DNA of 64,000 bases, from positions 496,001 through 560,000 of the forward strand of contig QPGO01000007.1 of NCBI GenBank assembly GCA_008632985.1. Direction: 5' to 3'. A program made the translations under genes and the position numbers. The DNA comes from Psammoneis japonica. Taxonomy: Eukaryota. The notes under the pieces were generated by a model, which worked only from the letters and a program-made list of their open reading frames with translations, was not told the DNA's origin and did not search any database. This document shows, in pieces, positions 37,347 through 47,600 of the stretch. Within the stretch, counting starts at the first letter, position 1. The number at the start of each line of letters is the position of its first letter.

Positions 37347-38165
37347 ATGTCAAGCACTTTGGGAATGAAGTTCAGCAATGGTGTTTTGAACAAAAAGGCT
37401 GCCGAAAAAGTCCCAGAGAAAAGATTGTCGCTCACAGCAAAGAGAAAGATGCAAAATTTCACGACATCAATTTTGGTCTTTTTGTCATTGGCCCAACACG
37501 AGGTGTTGGCTCTCACCGCAATGACTGAGCAAGATCAAGTGATCCGCCCCATTCCTGATGAAGCTGCGTGGAAGCCAGTCAGGGACAGTTGCCGAAAAGC
37601 GAAAGAGCAAGATGACAGTTTGGACGATTGGGATGCGAAGCTGCTGAAGGATTTGAGTTTTAGCAACAGTTTTCACGTGCCATTTGAGGTCCGTCAGACG
37701 CCTGGAAAAGGACATGGTTTGTTTGCTGCTGAAGTCACACCTGAAGGCTCCTGTGTCTGTGAAGATCGATCGGGACATTTCCTTGCAGAGAAGCAATGGC
37801 GTGAGTTTTTGGGATTGCTGCCACGAGACCTTGCTTGTGATTGTGTGGGGTGGTCACATGTTTCTGAGTGCCGGCACAAGGATCAAGAGACTGCACTCTT
37901 GGATCTCAGTGAAGGGTCGCTGATGAACCATGGAGAAACAGCTGCTCAATTCTCGAGAACACTCAAGTGCGCGACTCGGGACAAAGCAAACGTGAACGAA
38001 GCCCTTCACAGTGACGCGCAGCATGTGCATGCATCTCGTGACATCCATCTGGGTGAAGAGTTGCTGTGCGATTGCACAGAGTTCCACCTCTGTGATCACT
38101 CTTTGAATTGGTGTGCTGTTGCAAGGGAAGAATGCAATGGCCATGGGAACGTCCATCCTGTGTGA
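37347..38165 (+). pseudogene. SET-domain protein, hypermutated
   Basis: EVRQTPGKGHGLFAA, SLMNHG, ASRDIHLGEELLCDC (canonical SET GEEL.xDY; Tyr replaced by Cys); no Tyr in the ORF. Confidence 0.7.
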
Positions 38166-39430
38166 AGATCAGGGAAGAATCATCCACAGCCAGATCAGAA
38201 TGCTCAACATGAAATGCAAACATTTTGCCACTCTAGGCCCAAGACGGGTTTGCTTTTTGATTGTGGCCTGCATGACAGCAGCAAGAAGCTCTCAAGCTCA
38301 ACTCGCTCAGCCCTTCCATTGTCAACCGGATCTGCTGGCAAGCTCAAGCATCTCCGCAAATCTTCTTTGGCAGGTGAATGCTTGTTTTCAGTTGTGGGCG
38401 GCTGGACTGTCTTTGGCGCGATGATTTCCATCTGTCTCTAGAGAGCAGAGTGTTTTTTTTTTTTGCAACAGCACATTCTTTCACAAATTTTCCAGAGAAC
38501 GAAGATTTTTGCAAGTTCTGCGCATGCTTGCGAAGCCGACACGTTGGATCACCATCATTTCACTCGTTCAGCGAAGTGAAATGGCAAGGATCAGCGGACA
38601 ACTGGGGCAAAGAAAACTCTGGAAAACCACCCTGGCTTCTGCATCAAATGTGCCGGCAGTCAACCATGCTGATTTTTCCCAAAATGTCAGGCAACCAGCT
38701 GCCTTGAGGCATGTCACTGTCTGGGGTCACAGCACTTCACTCAGGCCACAATGCTGTTTCAAAGGTGGTGGCAAAATGGTGTGAAACAATGGCACATTCT
38801 GGCACAAATTCCAAAGTGGGCTTGGGTTCAAGCCACACTTGCCACGTGTCTCAGCAGCCACCCAGGTGACTGAACATCTGGGCATGCCATCACAGGCATG
38901 CGGTGAGACCAGGCACCTCCACCTGGCCAAACAAAAAACTGTTCCTGACCCCTGATCCTGGAACACATCATGCTCCCATTGTTCACAGGGGCGCCTGTGA
39001 CGTCTCTGCATGGAGACTTTTCTGCTGTGCGGACAGCAGCAAGGTGCTGCACTGGGTCTGGGCTGGAGCTCTGCTTGCCGTGTCCACCTGAAGCCATCAA
39101 TGCTTGATTGACGGAGACAGAGCAAGAGCGCCAATTCTTGTTCAAATTCTGTCAAAAGATCACACCTGGCACAGCATTTGCATTGTCACAAATGCTGAAA
39201 ACAGTTTCTTTGGCTGTGCAAAGGCAGCAGGAAGCATGGGGCAATTTCAAAGAAGATCGTCACATGCAAAAATGTGCACACACGACACATGGCATGATCC
39301 AAAAAAGTCTTGATGTTGCGGCAAAGCAGCGTGAGGCCCCACCCAAAGCTGGCACACATCCTCTGTCCCCTGATGTCTGGCTTCTTCTCTTGAGCATTCT
39401 TTGGCCAATTGTTCCTTGCACACAATGTCT

Positions 39431-39721
39431 GGATTTCCCATTTCCCAGATTTCTCTTTTTTGTGATTTCCTGTTTTCCCAGCTTTCCCAGATTTCCAGAT
39501 TCCTGGTTTTCCCAGATTTCTGGATTTCCAATTTTTCTAAATTTCCCAGATTCTTGGATTTCCCCCCCAGATTTCCAGTTTTCCCATTTTCCTGGGTTTC
39601 CAGTTTTCCCGCAGCAGCAATCTTGTGCAGTTTTTGCACACTTTTGGACAAGATTGGCTTGACAACCAAAGCAACAGTTTTTGCACACTTTTGGACAAGA
39701 TTGGCTTGACAACCAAAGCAA
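39431..39721. repeat. Degenerate ~9-bp TTTCCCAGA array followed by a perfect 47-bp tandem duplication (39628-39674, 39675-39721)
   Basis: Read directly from the sequence. Confidence 0.8.
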
Positions 39722-41364
39722 CTTTTTGACAAAGCAAGGGGTGCTGCTGCCACCCTGGCTCACCAGGTCTTCACTTCATTGCCCCTGGCTTCTTGGCTGA
39801 GAAGGAAACTTGCAGCTGCTGGAGTGTGCAAACCTCACAGCTGCTGCCTTGCAGCCACAACACCAACAAGACAAGCACACAGCTGCTGCAATCGACACCA
39901 CCTCTTGCCACCCAACAGGCCCTGAGATCTGAGGTGGGCACAGCCTGTCTCTTGAAAGGCTTCGCTGCCAGTGCAATCCAACACCAAAGTGGCCAGAACT
40001 TAAAAAATCTTTCCGTGACTGCCCTTGAATGTTGCACTTCAATTGTGCATGACAGTCTGACCCTGCATCAAGAGATTTGCAATTTTCTTTCACCTCTCAC
40101 ACTTTTCATTGCACTGCGGTGCTGTGGTGACAGAAAGGGTCCCTGCTCACGTTGTGCATGGCATGCCATGCACAGACATTTTTGCAAATTGTCACCAAAA
40201 TTGCACATGTGCACAGCATGCTGTGCACAATTTTTTGGCGCCTTTTGGTCGCCCCATCAATCAACCAGTTTGAAGCATCTGGAAAGACCTCATTGTGTCA
40301 AACATGTCAGATGCCTTTGATGTTCTCATTGACCCACTTGAAGCAGTTGATGTGGCCCACATTTGATGAGATTCAGAGCAATTTGTGCAGAAACCATGCA
40401 GAAAAAGGCTTGTGCAACTTCTCGCACAAAAGTTGCCCACCAGCCTCGCCAACAAGTGATCGCACTTCCAAGGTCACTGGAACAAGAAAGCTGCCACATC
40501 AAAGGCTGTCCATCAAACATGCCAACAAGCATTGAGTCAACATCAACAAATGCCATGTGTGTCATGCTGAGTCGAGGTGCACAGAACTTGAGTGACTCAA
40601 ACCTTGTGCACAGCATGCTGGGCACAACACCGAATTCTGCATTAAAGTCCTGCCAAAATTGACCAACTTCTGTGGCATTAAACAGCCATGTGGCAAGTCC
40701 CATGGTGGAAGCCATCCTTTGCAGCCTGTTGCGACTGTCAAGTGTGCTGAAAGGTTCAGCATGTCCAGAGAAATGCAATGTCTTGGGGAAGTTTTGCGAC
40801 ATGTGCAATGTGCACCCAGCGCACGGAGTGGGGACAGCCCATGTGACTGTGTGCAGCAGGGGGGCGGCCACGCAAATCATTTGGTGATGCTCACCAAACA
40901 ATCAGTGGCACCCCACATGGTTCGAATTTTTGCGTGCAGCACTCGAGGTTGTTTTCAACGTGAGAGCTTGCACTCAACAATGACGCGTGGTGAAGCACAT
41001 CCCGACATTGGCAGTGGCAAAAGAGAAAGTTGATGCAAGCAACGAGATGCCAAATGAAGTCATGCTGTTGATGCATTTGTTCAATGCAGTGCATTCATGA
41101 GTTTCAGTGGCTGCAGTCTCCAGACAAGTCGACTGCCAGCCAGATGAATTCATCATTTTGGTTGCATCTGCCTCGTACTTCGCATCGGACGCAGTGAATC
41201 ACGATGTGCTAAATTTTTCCTCATTTGGTTTCCATTTCTTTCCTCATTGTCTTTCCTCAATTGCGGGAATTGTGGGCGTGTCAAATGAGGAATTCGTCTG
41301 TCATGCGTTTTCGCTGAACAATTTCTGTCACTGAACGATGATTTGCGTGGCTGCTTTGGTGGGG

Positions 41365-41380
41365 NNNNNNNNNNNNNNNN
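41365..41380. other. Assembly gap (16 N) within a G run
   Basis: N characters in the sequence. Confidence 1.
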
Positions 41381-43273
41381 GGGGGGGCTTCACTGCAACA
41401 CAGCATGGGGACATCCCGAACAAATTCAGCCAGTGGCTAAAAACCTCCTGTGGAATTCCACCAATTTCTCCTGGTGTGCGATGTGTTTGATGACAACGCC
41501 TTTTAACGCCACCCCAATGTTTTCTTTTACACGCATGTCAACATTTGAAGGTTTTTGTTTTTGCACTTGTTTTCAAAGGCTTAAAAGCCAAAGGTTTTAC
41601 GTTGACGAACGTCACAGTTGGCAGCAAACCGTTGCAGATGTGACATTCACAGGTTGAGCAAAATGGACAGCAAATGTTTTCTGTGTAGAAAATGTGCCAG
41701 CGTGCAAACCTGCACCGTCCGCAAATTTTCATTGCTTGGCACATTTGTGAGAATCCAACAGACAAACACACATTTGTGTTGTGATGGTTCATGTTGCTTT
41801 GGGGCCCCAAGCCACAAGACACATTCTGTGCTCACCAAACTTGCCAATGTTTTTAATTGTGAAATGTCAATGGAGAGTTGGTGGCGGAAAGACGTCAACT
41901 GATTGTCAGTCATCACAAGTCATCACAAGTCATCATGAGCAATCAAGACAAACAGTGTCCACAGACAAACTGACACACATGCCAGCCCTTCAAACAATGT
42001 GGCCGTTGCCTCCACTCTGCAACGGGAAAGCCATCATTGACACATGGCTTTCCCGTTGAAAGCATTTCGAGATCACATTTGTCAGGAGAAGAGGAGCCGT
42101 TTGTCGCGCTCTTGCTGGCTCGTCAAGTCCAAGAAAAACAAGAGCTGATTCACAACTTGCATTGACGATGCCTCAGACTGCCCAATTGCACGCGCTTCTG
42201 GCTGCACGCTCACATTTGCAGCACCCAAAGCAGTTGAATTCTTTGTTGTGGCAATCATGGTTTTAATTTTGTGGCTTTGCTGATTGTTGTTTGAACGCCA
42301 CAGTTGATGCCAGTCAACATCAACGCATCCTTTCCGTCTTCTCGTGTTGATGACATTTTTGCACAGACAGACAGCTGGCTGTCCTTGCACGGGAACCGCA
42401 CACTCGACTTCCTAAAGTGAAGTCATCATGTGAGTCATCAAAAGCAATCACAAGTTGTCACAAGTCATCACAAGTCACCCCTGCATCAGTGGAGAGCATG
42501 GTTGGTGATGTCATGGTGATGCATGCTCACATCATGGCATTTTTGTGTTTGTGTGAATGCAAAGACAATTGCATTTGCGCACAAATGCTGACAGTTGCAG
42601 GAAAAATCCTGAACCATGCTCTCCCCTAAATCTCGAGCCGCCTCGAAGGGACCCCACCAATTGACCAGTTTTCAGCCATCTCTTTGCCGCGAAAAAAGCA
42701 CGCATCCCAGCAACCTCAGCATGATGCTTTCAGAATGTTCGTCCCCTCCCACTTCCGACGAAGAAGCGACCGATGGCACTGATGTGATTGGCCCCACTGC
42801 AACAGGCAATGTTGTTGAAATTGCCGTCGCAAGCCCATTGCTTCCGAAATTACACCTTTGCAACATGCGTTGTCATGTGCGCATTGCACATGTACATCTG
42901 CACATTAAATAAAAGCACATTTCAATCGCACGTCAATCGTGGGTTCGCACGAAGTGCAGATCGGTCACACAGAAGTGATCGGATGTCGAGAATCGCAAAT
43001 GCGATCGCACGATGATGTTGACATCTTGTGTGTCAATGTCAATCGCATCCGGACAATCTGTTGTCACGATCATGTTCTCCGAAAGGCCTTTTGTCTGCAG
43101 GAGCAGCACAAAAGGTTTAGGCTGTTGAGAACCCGTTTGGAGAAACCCAAAATGATTGCGCAGAAACAATTCTCACAATTTTCACTTTTTGAACTTCGTT
43201 CCACTTTCGTTTGCACTCGTTCTTCGAGCACAGTGCATTGTGCACACACACCACAGAAGGCAATGAGTTCAAG

Positions 43274-44428
43274 ATGAAGCTTTCACCTCATGCAACCAAC
43301 GCTAAAACTTCGTCAAGGCAGGAGAAAATCGTTCCTCAACCGCTGGAATCGAACTCCGAGCCGAAGAGCCTCAAACCGAGCCAGTGCCTCAAGATGGAGC
43401 AACGTTTTCATCCCGAGAAGAAGGACAGCCGCACCTGCACCATCAATGTCGAGCACTACAAGAAACAAGGTGTCCCCAAGTTCATCGAATTTCTCAAGAG
43501 CTACGATCAACTTCCAGTGGGCCAGAACATCAGGAAGCAATCTGATGAGTTTCGTCTCATGCGTGTGTTGCTCCAAGGAGACGCTCTACGTGCTTTCGAG
43601 AATGCGGCAGCGAACCTTGAAGACGAATCTGCAGAAGGAAGCTTCGAGAAATGCCTGCAACATCTCACGAGGCATGTGTTTCCCAAGAACACACTTTCGG
43701 TGCAGAAATGTTATTTGCGTCGTGATCTCAAGAAGCCGGAGTCCATGAAAGTGCGCGAAATTGCTGCTTGGGTCCAGGAAGTCAACGAAGACCTCAAGTT
43801 CCATCCTCCCTTTGGGAAGGAACAGAAGATTGAGGACGACGAGCTCAAGGACATCCTCTTCAATCTTGCACCTCGAAAGTGGCAGCGTCAGTCGACCGTC
43901 CAGGGTTTCGAAATTTTGAAACATGCCCATGACGAGTTGGTTGAGTTCTTGGAGCGCCTGGAGGTCGCAGAAGACACATTCGATGGCATTCATGCCAAGG
44001 CTGATGGCAGTGGCGGCACTGCATCAAAAGCCAAGAGTGGTTCCCAACGTGGTTCCAAAAATGGTCACCAACATGGCACCGAAAAATCTCAGTCCGAGAA
44101 GTGGTGCATTTCATGCGAGAAATCCACTCATAACACGGACAAGTGCTGGTCGATCAAAAGACTTGCGAAAGAACGCTGTGGGAACTGTGAACCCGACCTG
44201 AAACGGCGCCGTTCAAATGGCAATTGCACGTGGTCTCGTCGCGATAACGACAACGCCGCTCGCAAAGAAGAGTTGAATGCTGTGGCGATCCAAGCAGTTC
44301 AAAAAATGCTCAAAGCGAGTTCCTCGAACAATGACAAAAAGCACAAGAGCAAAGATTGTGATTCTGATGCCCTTGACGAGGAGAATTGTCAGTTTGAAAA
44401 AATGATGCGCAGTGATTCTGAGGAATGA
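43274..44428 (+). pseudogene. Gypsy gag with Zn-knuckle-like CISCEKSTHNTDKC
   Basis: Open frame directly after the 5' LTR and upstream of pol. Confidence 0.8.
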
Positions 44429-44524
44429 CTTGCACCGCAAGAGGAGTCTTGCACTCTGCTGGACATTAGGAAGCCCAGAAAAAGGGCCAAAGCAATTCAC
44501 ACTAGTCCAGCAGTCGTCGCCTGC

Positions 44525-47500
44525 ATGAATGCTTCATTGGGCAAAGCGAAAAATGAGCCTCTGCGCGTTCTCCTCGATGGTGGAACATCGTCAACCATAA
44601 TTTTGTGCAAATTCACGCGGAAACTCAGAACCAAAGCATCCGCCACCAAACTCTGGGAAACCAAAGGAGGGCTCTTTACGACTGATGGTCGATGTAAGAT
44701 CCAATTCTCCTTGCCCGAATTTGACAAACATAAGATGATCGAAACAACGGCACATGTTGACAACTCCCCTTCTTCTTCGAGTCGTTGTGACATGATCATG
44801 GGACGTGACTTAATGTCAAGTCTTGGGATGGTGTTGGACTTCTCGAATGAAGAGATCAAATGGGAAGATGCAGCCACTCCCATGAAGAATGTTGGTGCAC
44901 TCTTCGATGCCAATGTTTTTAAGTTGATTGCTGATCACATTGAGGAATCTCATGCAGTGATTGGTCTCAATGACAGGGTCAATCGGATCCTTGACTCAGA
45001 CTGTCACGCTGCAAACCTCAACAATGTGACTGCAGCAGCTGCTCATCTAACTCCTGAAGAGCAGAAGCAGCTGAACTTCCTCTTAAAAAGATTTGAGAAC
45101 CTTTTCGATGGTTCTCTGGGCAAATGGACCGGGAAACCGGTGGATTTGAAGTTGAAATCGGGCGTGAGTCCGCACCATGCCAAACCATTTCCCGCACCAC
45201 AAGCCTTGGAGGCGACTGCTCGTAAGGAGGTTGAAAGACTGTGCAAGTTGAAAGTCTCAAGAAAAACAAACTGTTCTGAATGGGCGGCTCCAACCTTTGT
45301 TCAACCCAAGAAAAATGGCAGAGTTCGGTTCTCACCCGATTTTCGTGAGCCAAGTGAGAGGTTGATTCGCACTCCGTTTCCTCCACCCAATGTTCAGGAC
45401 ATGCCACAGAAGCTCAAAGGCTCCATGCATGCAACGTCCCTAGATTTAAACATGGGACACTGTCATGTCGAATTGACGCCGCGCGCACGTCACTTGTGCA
45501 CGATCGTCATGCCTTGGGGCAAATGTGAGCACTGTAGACTCCCGATGGGAATCTGTGGAGCTCCAGATGTTTTCCAAGAGCACATGAGTGAGCTCATGGC
45601 AGGTCTGGAGTTCGTCAGAACTTGCATTGACGATGTGTTGTGTCTTGCAAAAGGCGATTTTCAAGACCACCTCAAGAAGCTTGAAACGGTGTTCTTGCGC
45701 CTGGAACAAGCCGGATTGAAGGTCAATGCCGAGAAGTCCTTTTTCGCTAAACCCGAAGCAGACTGTCTAGGCTTTCATGTCACCCGCAAGGGCATCAGCC
45801 CGATTCCAAAAAAAGTGGGAGCGATTCACGCGATCGCAACTCCCAAAACTCGCAAGGAATTGCGACGCTTTATCGGCATGATCAACTGCTGTCGAGACAT
45901 GTGGCCTCGACGATCTCATGTTTTAGCTCCTTTAGCCAAACTCACTTCTACCCAAGTAAAGTGGCAATGGACCGAAACAGAACAAAAAGCCTTCGAAAAT
46001 GTGAAGCGCATCATCTCCAAAGACACACCATCATCACACCCGAATTTTAATGTGCCCTTTGAGACACACGCCAATGCCAGCAATTCTCAATTGGGGGCGG
46101 TTGTTACTCAGAAAAACCGACCAATTGCCTTCTGCAGCCGCAAGCTGAATGGAGCGCAGACGCGTTGTGCTGCAACGGAAAAAGAACCATTGTCCACAGT
46201 GGAGACGTTAAAAGAGTTCTGCAATGTGCTGTTTGGCCAACAGACAAACACACACACGGATCACAAAAATCTCACACATGAAAATTTCACAACGGACAGA
46301 GTCATGCGTTGGCGTCTGACAATGGAAGAATGCAGTCCCAAAACAACACACCTTGAGGGCAAGGCAAATGTTGTCGCAGATGCGATTGGCCGACTTACCA
46401 TGAAGAAAATGGAACCTGTGGAAACCCTCAGCACAGAAGAGCTGGCTGAAAAGGTCCCACCAAAATCCTGCGACAATGTCTTTCCGTTAAATTACAAAGT
46501 TCTTGATTGTGAACAAAAACGGGACAAAGACATTCTCTCCCAATTGTCAAATGAGACGTTTCACACGAAGACTTTTCGTGGAGGCGAGTGAGACCGGTTG
46601 CTCACATGTCATGAGGATAAAATTGTCGTCCCGAGGACGTCACAAAAGGCAGTGATAGATTGGTGTCATGCGCACCTTCTTCACCCTGGCATGAATCGAA
46701 CAGAAGAAACAATCTCACAACACCTGTGGTGGTCCACCTCACGTGAAGACATACGAAAATACGTGTCGAGATGTGAGACATGCCAAAAATTCAAAAAGAA
46801 ACACAAGAAACATGGACATTTGCCTCCCAAGTGCGCAGAATCCGCACCATGGGAACGACCATGTGTGGACCTCATTGGGCCATACAAAATGCATCGTAAG
46901 GGAAAGAAAGAACCCCCAGTCCTGAAATGTTTGACAATGATCGATCCAGCAACCGGATGGTTTGAAGTTGTGGAAATCCCAAGTGAGGAGTCCACAACTG
47001 CAGCTGGACCACTGGAACGAACATGGTTGAGCAGACATCCTTGGCCATCGTCAATTGCATGTGACCGTGGAAGTGAGTTCATCGGACACCAATTTAAAGA
47101 AATGGTGCAAGATGATCACGGCATTGAAGTCAAGCCTGTGACTGCACGAAATCCACAAGCAAACGCAATTGTTGAACGCGCACATCAAGTGCTGGGGAAC
47201 ATGCTCCGTGCATTTGATTTGCAACATACACCTCCAGACACTGAGGATCCTTTCGCTGGAACACTGTCAGCGGTGGCATTTGCAGTGTGTTCCACGCATC
47301 ATGCCACTGCGCAAGCTGCACCAGGACAACCAGTCTTCAATGGAGACATGACATTTGGCGTCCAACATGTCGCAGACTGGAAACCAATCCAGCAGCGAAA
47401 ACAAGAAATCACAAATAAAAACAACGCTCGAGAGAATGCTCGACGTGCTCCTTGCACGCACAGAGTGGGAGAAAAGATGCCACTCGAGAAAGACTCGCAA

Positions 47501-47600
47501 AAATTAGAACAGCCCTGTGTTGGACCGCACGCAACAACAACGGCACACGCCAATGGCACAGCACAGATCAAACGCGGACAATGCCATTTAACGACTGACT
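44525..47600 (+). pseudogene. Gypsy pol (protease, RT, RNase H, integrase)
   Basis: LLDGGTS; LDLNMGHCH, RLPMG, CIDDVL; RNase H HANASNSQLGAV, TDHKNL; integrase HPGMNRT..CETC, VDLIGP, DRGSEF, NPQANAIVER; in-frame TGA at 46589. Confidence 0.93.

Noticed and set aside
39431..39721. CRISPR-like or telomeric array
   Set aside because: No unique spacers and the unit is irregular; simple degenerate tandem repeat in a eukaryotic context.
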